Positions 30,507 to 43,500 of a stretch of 64,000 bases of DNA are shown here, piece by piece. A program made the translations under genes and the position numbers. Origin of the DNA: Candidatus Hydrogenedentota bacterium. Lineage in GTDB: Bacteria; Hydrogenedentota; Hydrogenedentia; Hydrogenedentales; SLHB01. The stretch spans positions 384,001 through 448,000 of the forward strand of contig CAXXYE010000008.1 in the NCBI GenBank assembly GCA_963674865.2. The letters are read 5' to 3'. Each line of letters starts with the position of its first letter. The first letter of the stretch is position 1. Below the pieces are notes generated by a model that saw only the letters and a program-made list of their open reading frames with translations, was not told the DNA's origin and ran no database searches.

Positions 30507-31355
30507 ATGAACGTGTTCACATCCAGAGGATATCTTACCCTTGCGGTGGCGCTTCTGTGCTGCGGCTCTGTCGGTGCCGAGAGTATTCTCCTGCCAGCGG
30601 GCACGCCAATATACGGCGAGCTTGACGAGCAAGTTGTGTCTAAGAAGAAGAAGACCGCCGTGGGACAGATTGTCCGAGCTCATGTGTGGCGAAATGTAGT
30701 ACTTGACAAGCAAGTTGTTATTCGAGCGGGTGCCGCGATGGTTGTTCGGGTCTCCCACGTGAAGAGCGCGAAGGTTGCCGGGGTGAAGGGCGACCTTGAG
30801 CTTGAAGCCGTTTCCGCGAGGGCTGTGGACGGTACTGAGGTGCTGCTGGACGGCGGGTATGACCACTCGGGAAAGGGGCGCAAGGCCCTGTCGATAACGT
30901 TGTTTCTCCTAGTTGCTTGGCCTCTCATCTTCATCAAAGGAAAGAACGTAGTCGCTGAGCCGGGCACAATCTTCGATTGTTCCGTGCAAGCAGATAGCCT
31001 GGTAAGCGTCGAGGGTATGCAGCCCATACATGTAAGGCTTGGCGACGGTAAGAGTCTCGTTGTCGAGCCGCTCTACGATGAGATGGATCCAGAGGGCAAG
31101 GACAAGGTCCTTCCTCTAAGTCTGCGGGCCAAGGGCAGCGAAATCAGTGCGGCCTGTGTCGCCACGATAAACGGCGAAGAGGTCGAGCCGATTCCGCTGT
31201 CACTTGAGGCCCAGGAAGAAGATGGTGACTATACGCTGGTGCGTGGAACCATCGAACTGAAGAAGTTGGCAAAGCACTTCCGAAAGGGCATAAACCGCTT
31301 CGAGGTGGAGGTGGCCGACGCCAGGGCAGAGGTGATTCTGGACGTTGAACTCTAG
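30507..31355 (+). CDS. Secreted hypothetical protein
   Basis: Signal peptide; LPAGTPI, beta-rich; internal hydrophobic hairpin followed by IKGKNV. SD GGAGG. Confidence 0.75.
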   Translation: MNVFTSRGYLTLAVALLCCGSVGAESILLPAGTPIYGELDEQVVSKKKKTAVGQIVRAHVWRNVVLDKQVVIRAGAAMVVRVSHVKSAKVAGVKGDLELEAVSARAVDGTEVLLDGGYDHSGKGRKALSITLFLLVAWPLIFIKGKNVVAEPGTIFDCSVQADSLVSVEGMQPIHVRLGDGKSLVVEPLYDEMDPEGKDKVLPLSLRAKGSEISAACVATINGEEVEPIPLSLEAQEEDGDYTLVRGTIELKKLAKHFRKGINRFEVEVADARAEVILDVEL

Positions 31356-31375
31356 ATTGTCTTGAGGAATGTGAC

Positions 31376-31699
31376 GTGACGGACCCCATTGAAGACATAT
31401 CCCGAACACCTGCCTTCAATACGGCGACTGGTATCTTGAGCACGGTTGTTGCAGCTTTGACTCTTGCTTGCATAGTGCTAGGGTTTCAGCTGATGCCTCT
31501 CCATGAGAGGCAGAAGCAGCTAACTGAGGCACTCGCCAGACTGAAGGAGGAAGTCAATAAGGCCAATTCATCGGTATCCACTATCAGTGGTGAGCGGGAG
31601 TCCAGTATCTTGCCCGTTGAAACATATACATACGTTCACAAGGCCGCACTTACACCAACTCAGGCATTGAGAATGCCGGAGGTTCAGCTTTCACGGTAG
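31376..31699 (+). CDS. Hypothetical membrane protein, possibly truncated
   Basis: TM segment followed by a coiled coil. Lower GC. Confidence 0.4.
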   Translation: MTDPIEDISRTPAFNTATGILSTVVAALTLACIVLGFQLMPLHERQKQLTEALARLKEEVNKANSSVSTISGERESSILPVETYTYVHKAALTPTQALRMPEVQLSR

Positions 31700-31718
31700 G
31701 GTCCATAGGAGACGCTTC

Positions 31719-33158
31719 CTAAGTCCGCGCGCGCCGCTTCTTTGCCCACTCGATGGCGGGGCGCTCGAAGAGGCGGATGCCTTGGGGACGGCGGAGGAGT
31801 TGACGCCAGCGGAGGCGCGCCCAAGCGCGGACGGCGCGGCTGGGATGGTTGAGGCGGGCGATGAGGAATTGGGCGTCGCCGATGAGCCGCGATTGCCGGG
31901 GACTCAGCCAAGGCCGTTCCGGATGGCTCCAGTCCATGGCGAGCCAGCCTTCGAGCGAGTCGGGCGCCTGGTAGCCGGCGCGTTCGCACGCCGGGATGAG
32001 TCCGATCCCGGGATAGGGCGTGAACACCGACATCTCGCGGACAACCGTTTCGGGGGCGACGGCCAGGATGTGGTTGATGAGCCGGCACGTGTCGAGGAAC
32101 TCCGCGGGCGTCTCGGTGGGGAAGCCGCCCATGAAATGATACGTGCCGCGGATGCCGCTCTCTTTTACCTTGCGCACCACCTCCATCACCATCTCGACGG
32201 TGATGCCTTTGCCGATGACGTCGAGGACGCGGTTGGCACCGGACTCCACGCCGAAGGTGAGGAGCACGCACCCGCTCCGGCGGAGCCGTTCGATGAATGC
32301 GGGGGGATACGTGGCGAAGTAGTCGATGCGGCAGCTTGCCGCCCACTTGATGCCGAGATTCGCCTCGATGAGCCGCGCCGCGATGGCCTCGACGCGCGGG
32401 CGTCCCGCGAAGAAATTGTCCTCGCGAAACAGCACGCAATCGACGCGGAAGCGCGCAGTGAGATCCTTGAGGCGTTCGATAACCTCGTCGGCATCGAGAG
32501 GCCGCCACCGGCTCCGGTGGACGGATTCGATGTAGCAGAAGCCGCAATGGTGGGGGCAGCCGCGGCTGGTACACAGCTCGAAATAGCGGTGAGCGCCGAG
32601 TTCCGGGCGCGGGCGGATGTATTGCTCGACGTCCACGAGGTGGTACGGCACCGGGGGCAGCGCGGCCATATCGAGGAACCCCTCGGCCAACGAGCCGCTC
32701 ACTTCGCCGTCACGGCCGCGGAACACGCCGGGGATGCCGTCCGTATCCTGGCCGCGCTTGAGGCGCTCGACGAGTTCCGCGAAGGCGTATTCCCCTTCTC
32801 CGGCGACGACGAAATCCACGAGCGGATGCCGCGCCGTCTGCTCCGGGAGCAGGCTCGGATGCACGCCGCCCCAGACGATGGCCGCCCGGCTGCGTTCGCG
32901 GACGAATCGCGCGAAATCGAGGCCGAAGCGGAGCTGTTCGCCCGTCATTGCCGAGATGCCGACGGCGGCGGGCGGCTCCCGTTCGAGGAGACGTGCCACC
33001 TCATCGCGCCAGTCAGGGGTGACGCACTCGTCGATGATCCGCACGTCCATGCCGCGCTCAACCAGGGGCGCGGCCACGTAGACGAGTCCCCAGGGAAAGG
33101 TGGGCGTCGAGCGGGTGAAAGGATCGTAGATGGGCCGGAAGAGGAGGACCTCGGCCAT
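31719..33158 (-). CDS. B12-binding radical SAM protein (class B methyltransferase-like)
   Basis: PWGLVYVAA, WGGVHPS, GEGE, SRGCPHHCGFC, DNF, GVESG. Start overlaps the mnmG stop. Confidence 0.92.
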   Translation of the reverse strand: MAEVLLFRPIYDPFTRSTPTFPWGLVYVAAPLVERGMDVRIIDECVTPDWRDEVARLLEREPPAAVGISAMTGEQLRFGLDFARFVRERSRAAIVWGGVHPSLLPEQTARHPLVDFVVAGEGEYAFAELVERLKRGQDTDGIPGVFRGRDGEVSGSLAEGFLDMAALPPVPYHLVDVEQYIRPRPELGAHRYFELCTSRGCPHHCGFCYIESVHRSRWRPLDADEVIERLKDLTARFRVDCVLFREDNFFAGRPRVEAIAARLIEANLGIKWAASCRIDYFATYPPAFIERLRRSGCVLLTFGVESGANRVLDVIGKGITVEMVMEVVRKVKESGIRGTYHFMGGFPTETPAEFLDTCRLINHILAVAPETVVREMSVFTPYPGIGLIPACERAGYQAPDSLEGWLAMDWSHPERPWLSPRQSRLIGDAQFLIARLNHPSRAVRAWARLRWRQLLRRPQGIRLFERPAIEWAKKRRART

Positions 33159-35035
33159 CAGGCCGGCTCCCCGGCGGCCGAGCGGCTGAGTTTCTCGATG
33201 TGGATGTGAAGCACGGCGATGTCGGCGGGGCGGATGCCCGAGATGCGGGACGCCTGCCCAAAATTGACGGGCCGGATCTGATCGAGGCGCTCTTTGCACT
33301 CGTGGGGCAGGCCGGGCACGCTGAAGAAGTCGAGGTCGTCGGGGATGCGCAGGTTCTCGGCGCCGCGGAAGCGGGCCACGTCGCGTTCCTGGCGGGCGAT
33401 GTAGCCTTGGTACTTCACCGTAATCTCGACCTGTTCGGCCACCTCGAAGGAAACCGGCGCCGGCGGCGGCGCAACTCGCCACACGTCCTCGATGCGCAAT
33501 CCCGGCCGGCGCAGTACTTGCGAGGCCGGCTGCGGTTCGGCAAGGGGCGCCTCGCCGCGTTCCGCCAGCAGGCGATTCAAGTCCTCCGACGGCGTAACGC
33601 GCGCCGCTTCGAGCCGCGCCACCTCCGCCCGCACGGCGTCCTCCTTCACGCGGACACGCTGGAGGAAGGCGTCGCCCGCGATGCCGTACTTGGCCAGGCG
33701 CGCGTCGGCGTTGTCATGCCGGAGCAAGAGGCGGTACTCCGCGCGGGAGGTGAACAGCCGGTAAGGCTCGAGCACGCCCCGCGTCACCAAGTCATCCACC
33801 ATGACGCCGATGTAGCCTTCGTTGCGCGGGATGTAGAGCGGCTCGGCATCTTCGAGGTAGCGGACTGCATTCAACGCTGCGAACAGGCCCTGAGCGCCCG
33901 CCTCCTCATAGCCGGAGGTGCCGTTAATCTGGCCGGCGTGGAACAGTCCCCGGACGCGCTTCGTCTCGAGGGTGGGCTTCAACTGAGTAGGCGGCACGAA
34001 GTCGTACTCGACGGCATAGCCGGGCCGCACAATCTCCGCCCGTTCCAGGCCGGGCACCGTGTGCAGGAAGGCGAGCTGGACGTCCTCGGGCAGGCTGGTC
34101 GTCAGGCCGTTGACGTAAACCTCCGCCGTATCGAGTCCCTCCGGCTCGAGGAACACGTGGTGGCGGTCTTTGTCGGGAAACCGCATTACCTTGTCCTCGA
34201 TACTCGGGCAATACCGGATGCCGATGCCCTCAATCTTGCCTGAAAACAGGGGTGAGCGATCCAGATTCGAGCGGATGGCCTCGTGCGTCCGGGCGTTCGT
34301 GTACGTCAGCCAGCACAGGATGTGATTCGGATCAAAGCCTTCAATGGGCGTCGAGAATGAAAAGGGCCGCGGGTGTTCGTCGCCGGGCTGGGCCTCCATG
34401 GCGTCCGTGTCGATGCTGCGCCGGTGCACGCGCGGGCAGGTGCCGGTCTTCAGGCGGCCCACGTCGAAGCCGAGCCGGCGGTAGGCGTCCGATAAGGCTC
34501 GGGCGGGCTGTTCCCCGGCGCGCCCGCCGGGGACGTCCCGCATGCCGAAGTGGAGCCGCCCGCCGAGGAAGGTGCCCGGACAGACGATCACCGCGCGCGT
34601 CGAGATGGTGTCGCCCAGCGAGGTGCGGACGCCGGCAATGGCGCCGTCGTCCACCACGAAATCCTCGATGAGCACCTGCTTCAGCGTCAGGGCAGGCGCC
34701 GACTCGCACACCCGCTTCATATCATATTGGTAGGCGACGCGATCCGCCTGGGCGCGCGGGCTGTGAACCGCCGGGCCCTTCGAGCGGTTGAGCATCTTGA
34801 ACTGAATGCCCGTCCGATCGATGCACCGCGCCATTTCGCCGCCGAGGGCGTCGATCTCGCGCACCAACTGGCCTTTGGCTACGCCGCCGATGGCCGGATT
34901 GCACGACATCCGGGCGAGGGTGTCGAGATTGATGGTGGCCAGCAGCGTCCTGCGTCCGCTCCGGGCGCAGGCCAGGGCGGCCTCGACGCCGGCGTGGCCG
35001 GCTCCGATGACTATGACGTCGAAATCGCGTTCCAT
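33158..35035 (-). CDS. mnmG: tRNA U34 carboxymethylaminomethyl modification enzyme
   Basis: [51 protein letters not shown]. Confidence 0.98.
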   Translation of the reverse strand: MERDFDVIVIGAGHAGVEAALACARSGRRTLLATINLDTLARMSCNPAIGGVAKGQLVREIDALGGEMARCIDRTGIQFKMLNRSKGPAVHSPRAQADRVAYQYDMKRVCESAPALTLKQVLIEDFVVDDGAIAGVRTSLGDTISTRAVIVCPGTFLGGRLHFGMRDVPGGRAGEQPARALSDAYRRLGFDVGRLKTGTCPRVHRRSIDTDAMEAQPGDEHPRPFSFSTPIEGFDPNHILCWLTYTNARTHEAIRSNLDRSPLFSGKIEGIGIRYCPSIEDKVMRFPDKDRHHVFLEPEGLDTAEVYVNGLTTSLPEDVQLAFLHTVPGLERAEIVRPGYAVEYDFVPPTQLKPTLETKRVRGLFHAGQINGTSGYEEAGAQGLFAALNAVRYLEDAEPLYIPRNEGYIGVMVDDLVTRGVLEPYRLFTSRAEYRLLLRHDNADARLAKYGIAGDAFLQRVRVKEDAVRAEVARLEAARVTPSEDLNRLLAERGEAPLAEPQPASQVLRRPGLRIEDVWRVAPPPAPVSFEVAEQVEITVKYQGYIARQERDVARFRGAENLRIPDDLDFFSVPGLPHECKERLDQIRPVNFGQASRISGIRPADIAVLHIHIEKLSRSAAGEPA

Positions 35036-35398
35036 AACGCCCAAGAATACCACATTGCCGCCCCGGCAGTTGAATTGCGGCGGCCGCGAAAAGCAGGGAC
35101 AGACACGTCTGCGTTCGCCGGAGGCGGACTCCGCTTGTATCAGTCCCTGTTTTTCGCTTCTTCTTGGCGCTTCTTCATCTACGGATAAGAAACGTCAGTT
35201 ATCAGTCAGAAAATTGGACGGGGCCCTCCCTGCGCCGTTCGGGAACGGCAAGGCGGGGGCCGGAAGATGGGCCTATTGCCATCGAATACAGCCCGTACCG
35301 GGATTGTACCCTTGGTGTTCCTATGTTATGATCCCATTAGAGATGGCCATCTTCCGGCCATCTGTGTTCTTTCGTAACACGAGGTTTGTGAAAACGTT

Positions 35399-37369
35399 AT
35401 GAATGACTTTCTGAAGCACGTTTCCCTGTGGATCATCCTGCTGCTCATGGTGGTCCTTGCGGCGACGTACCTTCTGGATAATCAGAACAGCACCAGGAAA
35501 CTGGATGTGACGGATTTCAAGGCGCAACTCGCCGCCGCGAACATCCAGAAGGTAGTGGCCGCCAGAGATGACGGCGATTCCGGAATATGGAACTTCGATG
35601 CCCGGCTCAAGGCCGCCGTGGACGGCCATGACACCATTGAGTTCCGCTATGACGGTTTCCCGCAGGAATGGAAGGATCAGCTGGAAGCTCAAGGCGCGCC
35701 CTATGAGATCAAGAGGGCCGGTACGTTGCTCACGGCGGTCCTGATCAATGTCCTCCCTCTTCTACTGATCATCGGCGTGTTCTGGTTCTTCATGTTCCGC
35801 CATATGCAGGGGGGGAGCAACAAGGCCCTTTCTTTCGGCAGAAGCCGGGCCCGCCTCGCCAACCAGAGCGATAAGGTCGTTACCTTCAATGATGTAGCGG
35901 GCGTCGACGAGGCGAAGGAAGAACTCCAGGAAATCATCGAATTCCTGAAAGATCCCAAGCGATTCACCCGTCTTGGCGGCAAAATCCCCAAGGGTGTGCT
36001 CCTGGTGGGGCCTCCGGGATCGGGCAAAACCTTGCTTGCCAGGGCGGTGGCCGGCGAGGCCAACGTTCCCTTCTTCAGCATCAGCGGCTCCGACTTCGTC
36101 GAGATGTTTGTCGGCGTGGGCGCCAGCCGCGTACGCGATCTGTTCCAGCAGGGCCAGAAGCATGCGCCGTGCATCATCTTCATCGATGAGATCGACGCCG
36201 TGGGGCGTCAACGCGGCGCCGGACTCGGCGGCGGCCACGACGAGCGCGAGCAGACGCTCAACCAGCTTCTCGTGGAGATGGATGGCTTCAACACGAGTGA
36301 GGGCGTTATCCTCATGGCGGCCACGAACCGGCCGGACGTGCTCGACAGGGCTTTGCTCAGGCCGGGCCGTTTCGACAGGCAGATCGTGGTGGCCAATCCC
36401 GACATTACCGGTCGTGAAGCGATTCTTGAGATCCATATCCGCAATAATGGCCTGCCCTTGAGCGATGACGTAAGCACCCGTACTCTGGCCCGAGGCACCC
36501 CCGGGTTTTCCGGCGCGGACCTGGCCAATATGGTAAACGAGTCAGCGCTGCTGGCCGCGCGCCGCAACCAGGATAATGTCACCATGTTGGACTTCGAGGA
36601 AGCGAAAGACCGCGTCCTCATGGGGCCGGAGAGGCGGAGTCTGGTGATCAGTCCCCAGGAGAAGAAAAGCACCGCGTACCACGAGGCGGGCCACGTCCTG
36701 GTGGGGCGGCTCATCGAAGGATGCGATCCCGTCCATAAGGTAACCATTATTCCGCGAGGGCCGACGCTCGGCGTCACGAGCATTCTCCCCGAAGAAGATC
36801 GCCACAACATGTCCAAGAAGTACTGCCTGGCGCGAATCCGTTGGGCCATGGGCGGCCGCGCGGCGGAGGAGGTCATATTCAACGAGTTCACGAGCGGCGC
36901 TTCCAACGACCTCAAAGTCTCGACGGATCTCGCGCACGCGATGGTGTGCGAATGGGGAATGAGTGAGCTGGGGCCCATAAGCTTCGGCTCCAACACGGAA
37001 GTTTTTCTCGGCCGCGACTTCGTGAAAGAGCGCGATTTCAGCGAGGAAACGGCATCCGCGGTGGATAAGGCGATCCACACCTTCCTCGAAGAGGCCTACG
37101 AGGATGCGAGAAAGATCGTGTCCGACCACAAGGGAATCTTGGAGGCTCTCGCTGAGGCGCTTTTCGAGCGGGAAACGCTCGAGGCCGAGGAAATCGACGA
37201 CATCATCCGCAAGCACGGCGGCGCCGACCTCCTCAAGACGACCGCGCCGCCCGAACAAGAGGCTGCGGCCGATGAGCCGCAGGGCCCTCCGGCGGTGGAG
37301 CAGGTGGAGGCGCAAGAGCCGGACGAGGAGGCGCCGCCCGCGGGGGACGTCGTGCCTGATACGGCCTAG
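35399..37369 (+). CDS. ftsH: ATP-dependent zinc metalloprotease
   Basis: Two TM segments, [26 protein letters not shown]. Confidence 0.99.
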   Translation: MNDFLKHVSLWIILLLMVVLAATYLLDNQNSTRKLDVTDFKAQLAAANIQKVVAARDDGDSGIWNFDARLKAAVDGHDTIEFRYDGFPQEWKDQLEAQGAPYEIKRAGTLLTAVLINVLPLLLIIGVFWFFMFRHMQGGSNKALSFGRSRARLANQSDKVVTFNDVAGVDEAKEELQEIIEFLKDPKRFTRLGGKIPKGVLLVGPPGSGKTLLARAVAGEANVPFFSISGSDFVEMFVGVGASRVRDLFQQGQKHAPCIIFIDEIDAVGRQRGAGLGGGHDEREQTLNQLLVEMDGFNTSEGVILMAATNRPDVLDRALLRPGRFDRQIVVANPDITGREAILEIHIRNNGLPLSDDVSTRTLARGTPGFSGADLANMVNESALLAARRNQDNVTMLDFEEAKDRVLMGPERRSLVISPQEKKSTAYHEAGHVLVGRLIEGCDPVHKVTIIPRGPTLGVTSILPEEDRHNMSKKYCLARIRWAMGGRAAEEVIFNEFTSGASNDLKVSTDLAHAMVCEWGMSELGPISFGSNTEVFLGRDFVKERDFSEETASAVDKAIHTFLEEAYEDARKIVSDHKGILEALAEALFERETLEAEEIDDIIRKHGGADLLKTTAPPEQEAAADEPQGPPAVEQVEAQEPDEEAPPAGDVVPDTA

Positions 37370-37565
37370 CCCGCTTCTCTCACGGCCGCATAGCGGGATT
37401 GCACGCATGTCACGCGGAACCGACGCGTTACCTCACGGACTTGCCATTGGCGCATCCGGCGATTGCGGTAGACGCCTTCTCATCAACGAGCCTGTTCTTA
37501 TTTGTTGATAGGCGAGAAGAGCGGGGCGCAGAGAGCTGCGTGTGAGATATTCAGGCTAGGGACAG

Positions 37566-38405
37566 ATGCCCGTAACGACACAACAGACCCGCTCGTTGTC
37601 CAGGACGCTCATCATGGGCATCGTCAACGTGACGCCGGATTCCTTTTTTGATGGGGGCGCGCTGGCCACGCCGGGGGATGCGGCCGCCCACGCGAGGCAG
37701 CTTGTTGAGGACGGCGCCGACATCATCGACATTGGCGGCGAATCATCCAGGCCCGGAGCCGAGCCCGTGGGGCAGGCGGAAGAGCTGAGGCGGGTGATGC
37801 CGGTGCTCGAGATGCTCCAGCCGTTGGGGATACGCGTATCCGTCGATACATACCGTGCGGAAACGGCCCGTCAGGCCATCGCCCGCGGCGTGGCCATGGT
37901 GAATGACATCTCGGCCTTGAGAGCTGATCCCGCCATGGCGGAGGTCGTGGCGGAGGCCGGCTGTGAATGTGTTTTGATGCACATGAAGGGCCGGCCGCAG
38001 ACGATGCAGGCCGATCCGCATTACGACGACGTTGTAGAGGACATCTGCCGTTTCTTTGAAGAGCGGATAGCCTTTGCCGTGCGCTCGGGCATTGCCGAGC
38101 ACGCGCTCTGGCTTGATCCGGGATTCGGATTCGGGAAGACTGTCGAGCACAACCTCGCTATCCTGAGACGTCTCGATGAGTTTAGGCGCTTCGGATTGCC
38201 GGTGCTGGTAGGTACGTCGAACAAGTCCACCATAGGCGCGGTGCTGGACGTGCCCGTAGACGAGCGGATGGAGGGCACCGCGGCCACGGTGGCTATTGCT
38301 ATCGCCAACGGCGCCGATGCCGTGAGGCTGCACGATGTGAAAGCCATGGCCCGCGTCGCGAAGATGGCCGATGCGGTTCTTGGAAGGGGAGCGACTAATG
38401 ACTAG
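37566..38405 (+). CDS. folP: Dihydropteroate synthase
   Basis: MGIVNVTPDSF, DIGGES.RPG, DPGFGFGK, RLHDV. Confidence 0.97.
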   Translation: MPVTTQQTRSLSRTLIMGIVNVTPDSFFDGGALATPGDAAAHARQLVEDGADIIDIGGESSRPGAEPVGQAEELRRVMPVLEMLQPLGIRVSVDTYRAETARQAIARGVAMVNDISALRADPAMAEVVAEAGCECVLMHMKGRPQTMQADPHYDDVVEDICRFFEERIAFAVRSGIAEHALWLDPGFGFGKTVEHNLAILRRLDEFRRFGLPVLVGTSNKSTIGAVLDVPVDERMEGTAATVAIAIANGADAVRLHDVKAMARVAKMADAVLGRGATND

Positions 38406-39741
38406 ACGGCTTTTCGGCACGGACGGCATTCGCGGCGTGGCCAACAACTATCCCATGACCGCGGAGGTCGCCCTGAAGCTTGGCCGTGCGACGGGCGTCA
38501 TCTTTCGCCGGGAGGAACGCCAGCATACGATCCTTATCGGGAAGGACACGCGCCTGTCCGGCTACATGTTTGAGAACGCCCTCACCGCCGGGCTGTGCTC
38601 GATGGGCGTCAACGTGCTGCTGGTCGGCCCGCTCCCGACGCCCGGCGTGTCCTACATCATGCGTAGCCTCCGGTGCGACGCGGCCATCATGATCTCCGCC
38701 TCGCACAACCCGTTCGAGTACAACGGCATCAAGTTTTTCGGGCCCGATGGCTTCAAAATCGCCGACGAGGTGGAATCCGAGATCGAGCGGCTTGTCACGA
38801 GTGATGACATGGGGCAAAACGGCTTTTCCGCCGAGAACGTCGGCACGGCACGCCGTATCGACGACGCCGTCGGCCGGTACATCGAATTTGCCAAGGCCAC
38901 CTTCCCGAAGGGCATGCGCCTTGACGGCCTGAAGATCGTGTGCGATTGCGCGAACGGCGCCCTCTACAAGGTGGGCCCCTATACGTTCTCCGAGCTGGGG
39001 GCCGAAGTCGTCTCGATTGCCGATCGGCCCGACGGCCACAACATCAATCACAACTGCGGCTCCGTCCATCCCGAAGAGATGCGGGCGCGCGTCATCCGCG
39101 AGCGGGCCGATCTCGGGATCGCCTTTGACGGCGACGGCGATCGGATCGTGATGGCCGACGAGAATGGACTTTTCCTTGACGGCAATGCCCTACTTGCCGT
39201 CCTGGCCACGGACATGCTCGAGCGCGATGAGTTGCCTAACAAGACGCTGGCAACAACGATCATGGCGAATGGGGGCCTGGATCGCGCCCTCGCGCCGCTC
39301 GAAGGCAAGATCGTCCGTACCAAGGTGGGCGATCGATACGTGGTCGAGGCGATGCGCGAGCACAACTTGATCCTGGGAGGTGAGTCGTCCGGCCACATTG
39401 TCATGCTCGAACACAACACCACCGGCGACGCCCTGATCACCGCTTTGCACGTGCTGGCGACGATGATTCGGCGTGATCAGCCGCTTTCGGTTTTGGCCGG
39501 CGTCTATCAGCCATTGCCCGAGGCGCACGTTTCGGTGCCGTTGCGTCAAGGCAAGGGGCCGACTCAGAAGCAGTTGGATGGCGTGCGCGAAACCGGGGAG
39601 GCCCGTTTGGACGGGCGGGGCCGTATCGTGATCCGCCGCTCCGGTACCGAGCCGGTGATCCGGGTTATGGTTGAGCACGAGGCCGTGCGCGAAGCGGAAT
39701 CGCTTGCGCAGAAGCTTGCGCGGGAAATCGAAGCGATGTAA
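38398..39741 (+). CDS. glmM: Phosphoglucosamine mutase
   Basis: FGTDGIRG, ISASHNP, DGDGDR, GGESSGH. Confidence 0.97.
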   Translation: MTRRLFGTDGIRGVANNYPMTAEVALKLGRATGVIFRREERQHTILIGKDTRLSGYMFENALTAGLCSMGVNVLLVGPLPTPGVSYIMRSLRCDAAIMISASHNPFEYNGIKFFGPDGFKIADEVESEIERLVTSDDMGQNGFSAENVGTARRIDDAVGRYIEFAKATFPKGMRLDGLKIVCDCANGALYKVGPYTFSELGAEVVSIADRPDGHNINHNCGSVHPEEMRARVIRERADLGIAFDGDGDRIVMADENGLFLDGNALLAVLATDMLERDELPNKTLATTIMANGGLDRALAPLEGKIVRTKVGDRYVVEAMREHNLILGGESSGHIVMLEHNTTGDALITALHVLATMIRRDQPLSVLAGVYQPLPEAHVSVPLRQGKGPTQKQLDGVRETGEARLDGRGRIVIRRSGTEPVIRVMVEHEAVREAESLAQKLAREIEAM

Positions 39742-39803
39742 GCGCCGCTGTGGCCGGCCTCGGGCGCTGACGCCGGGGCCTGTCCAAGGGGAGGGTATGT
39801 CTC

Positions 39804-40526
39804 ATGATCGAACTCGGCGTAAATATCGACCACGTGGCCACGCTGCGCGAGGCCCGCAAGGGCGTGGCGCCGGATGTCATCGCGGCGGCCAAGATCTGCG
39901 AACTGGTTGGAGCGCACCAGATCACGGTGCATCTTCGCCAGGACAGGCGACACATTCAGGATCGCGATGTCGAACTCCTGTCGGAGGTGTTGAACATTCG
40001 GCTCAATCTCGAGATGGCGGCCGTCGACGAGATCATCGCCATCGCGCGGCATATCCGCCCTTCCTCCGTCTGTCTTGTACCGGAGAACCGTCTCGAGGTC
40101 ACCACCGAGGGCGGACTGGACGTGGCGTCTCAGGTTGATCGGCTGGCCGAGGTCGTTGCCGGATTTCACGAGGACGGCATCAAGGTGAGCATGTTCATCG
40201 ATCCCGAGCGCGATCAGATTGACGCCAGCGCCGCTATCCAGGCCGATGCCGTCGAGCTTCACACCGGTGCTTACGCCAACGCCGTCGGCGGGCAGGTAGA
40301 GGAGGAACTCGCCCGCCTGTCGGATGCCTCGGCCCACATACTCGACACGGGCCTCACCTTCCACGCAGGCCATGGCCTGACGGTGCGAAACCTGCGGCCG
40401 GTTGCCGCGATCCCCGGACTCGCCGAGGTCAATATCGGCCACGATATCATCGCCCGCGCGGTATTCATCGGCTTGGAGAACGCCGTCAGCGAGATTCTCG
40501 ACATCCTTCTTGAGTGTTCACCGTGA
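39804..40526 (+). CDS. pdxJ: Pyridoxine 5'-phosphate synthase
   Basis: [30 protein letters not shown]. Confidence 0.98.
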   Translation: MIELGVNIDHVATLREARKGVAPDVIAAAKICELVGAHQITVHLRQDRRHIQDRDVELLSEVLNIRLNLEMAAVDEIIAIARHIRPSSVCLVPENRLEVTTEGGLDVASQVDRLAEVVAGFHEDGIKVSMFIDPERDQIDASAAIQADAVELHTGAYANAVGGQVEEELARLSDASAHILDTGLTFHAGHGLTVRNLRPVAAIPGLAEVNIGHDIIARAVFIGLENAVSEILDILLECSP

Positions 40527-40572
40527 TGCGCCAAGGCGGCCCTGGCGAAGGGTCGCAGGGAGCCTCGCCAGT

Positions 40573-43500
40573 ATGAACCGAGCGTCAAGAATGATAGTGG
40601 CGGCCGTCGTTTGCCTGGCGTGCGTCGCCGGCGTGGCGGCGGGCCTGGACGACATCCGGTTTGAGCGCATGTGGCCCACGCTTCAGCAGCCCTGGTATTT
40701 TTCGGGTCCTGACCACATTGCCGTCGATCTTTACGGCAACGTCTACGTGTCCGACGAAGGCAACTACACCGTTCAGAAATTCACGCCCAGCGGCCAGCTT
40801 ATCTCGAAGCAGATCACGCCGCTCGCATCAAGCTGGCTCATCACCAATTCCTCACCACCGCTCGCCACGGATGAAGAGGGCTATCTGTATCTGGCCGATC
40901 CGAATAACGACCGCATCCTCCGGTATTCTCCTCAGGGCGCGTTGGTGCATGAATGGGGCGAGAGCGGGGACGGCGACGGGGAACTCAGAGTCCCCTCGGG
41001 CATCGTCGTCGAGGATGGCCTCGTCTATGTCACGGAGGATCGCAACAGCCGCGTTCAGGTATTCACAACCGATGGCGACTTCGTCCGGAAATGGGGCAGT
41101 CCAGGCAGCGGGGACGGGCAGTTCAATTGGCTGTTCGAGAACATTCATGGAATTGATCTTGACGAAAATGGCTACGTGTATGTGACGGACACCGGCAACA
41201 ACCGCATTCAGAAGTTCACCAAGGAGGGCGTATTCGTTCTTGCCTGGGGCACGCAAGGCAGCGACCCCGGCCAGTTCTGGTGGCCTCTGGACATTGCCAC
41301 TGATGGCCAAGGCCATGTGTGCGTCGCCGATTATTTCAATCACCGGATCCAGAAGTTCACCACCGACGGGACCTTCGTCGCCGTCTGGCTGGATGACTCC
41401 GGGGATAGCGAGCTGTTTGTCCCTTCTAACATTGACGTCGGTCCCACCGGTGATGTCTGGGTCGCCAACACCGGCGGCCAGCGCGTCAAACGCCTGACCT
41501 CGGAAGGGCGTCTGCTCTTTTCCTGGGGGCCCGACGGTACACGCCCGGGCCAGTTTCGCGGTCCCGTCAGCGCGGCCACCGACAGCGCGGGCACGCTCTA
41601 TGTCGTTGATTACGGCAACAGCCGCATACAGAAGTTCGACCCCGACGGGCAGTACATCGCGAGCCTTGGCGGCTGCGGCGCCGACCCGGGCCAGTTTGCC
41701 GGGCCAAGCTCCATCGCCATTGATGCTCAGGATCGGCTCTATGTCGCGGACACATACAATGATCGGATTCAGAAGCTCACTACAGATGGCCAGTTCCTCG
41801 GCGCTTGGGACGGCCCCAACGACACCGACGACTACTTCCCAGAGCGGCTCGCCCTTGACGGCTTGGGACACGTCTATGTCCTGGGGAACAGCAACCACCT
41901 CGTTCAGGTGTTCGACACGGACGGCACGTTCATCACGGAATGGGGCGATCAAGGGGTCGACCCGGGAGAGATCGAATACGCCACCGGCATTGCCGCCGAC
42001 GGGGAGGGATACGTGTACATCGCTGATGGGGGCGATGGGCGTGTGAAGCGATTACCGCCGCGGGCGAGAGTGTTGACGAGATTTGGATTACTTGGCCGCA
42101 CCAGTTGTACGGCGTAGCCGTGGGGCCGGAGGGATATGTTCACGCCTTCAACGAATTCTACGTTCGCCAGTACACGAAGGATGGCGATTTTGTCCAGAGC
42201 TGGGGCGGTTTCGGGAGCGATCCCGGCCAGTTCCTGCGCCCCATGGGCATCGCCTGGGGGACAGGGGACAGTTTCTACGTCTGCGACACGGGCAATCAGC
42301 GCGTGCAGGCATTCCGTGAGGACGCCCTGGCAACCGGCGGGAGCGGCGCCGTCATCGTGGCGGGGCGCTCGCTTGCCAATGAGCGCCTGTGGGACGCGAC
42401 GCGCATGTGTTCCAATCTCGCCTACCGCGCCCTCGTTCATCAGGGCTTCAACAAGGATTCGATCTACTACCTGACCTCCGACGACACCGTCGACCTCGAC
42501 GGCAACGGAGAAGCGGATGATAGGGACGGCGACGCCACGGCAGAAGGACTGGAAGAGGCGTTGACGACGTGGGCCGCCGGCAAGCACAACCTTGTCGTCT
42601 ATCTCGTCGGCCCGGGCTCCAGACTCTCCTTTCAGATGGGCGACGACGAGCGTGTCACTGCCGCAGAGCTGGCTGATTGGTTGAGCACGGCCGCCGGCGG
42701 GATTACAGGCCGCCTCGTCGTCCTATACGATGCCAGCGCCTCCGGCAGCTTCATCCCGGCGCTCACGACTTTGCCGGGAAGCTGGACAGTTATCACCAGC
42801 GCCACGTCAAGCCAGGGCGCTTACTTCGTCACCGACGGCACGATCTCTTTCTCGAACCTGTTCTGGGGCCACATCTTCCGGGGGCAGGGCGTCGCCGCGG
42901 CCTTCGCTTTGGCAAGGAAGACCATCGGGGACGATGGCGCGTATCAGATGCCTCAGGTGCGCGTTAGTACGAAGGCGGGCCTTGGGAAGCAGGAGGCGGA
43001 GGTTGTGGAGGGCAACGTGGTCTACGATGAGTCGCCTGCCATCGGCGCCGTGTCGCCGGCTCAGAATCTCCAGGCGGGGACGACTGCCGCGCTCTACGCT
43101 CAAGACGTTACCGATGACAACGTCACGATTTCACGCGTCTGGGCTGTTATCCGGTCCCCCGCTTTTCTCAAAGCGGCTGCGACGGCAACTGTCGTGGACT
43201 TGCCCACGGTGGAGCTCCTGGCAGATGATGACGGGCGCTATGAGGGCAACTACGATGCTTTCGCCTTGGACGGAACCTACCTGGTGGACGTATACGCTCT
43301 CGACGATAACCTCAACTTGTCCGAGGTCTCCCAGACAACGGTTACCAAGTCCAATGGCTTTACCGGCTGCACACTCACCGGCGTTGTGATGGATGCCGAC
43401 ACTGAGCAGGGGATCGCGAATGCTGAAGTCGTCCTGAGCGACTACTACAATCTATCCGCCACGGCAAACGAGAACGGCGTCTACACCTTTGCTTTGCTCC

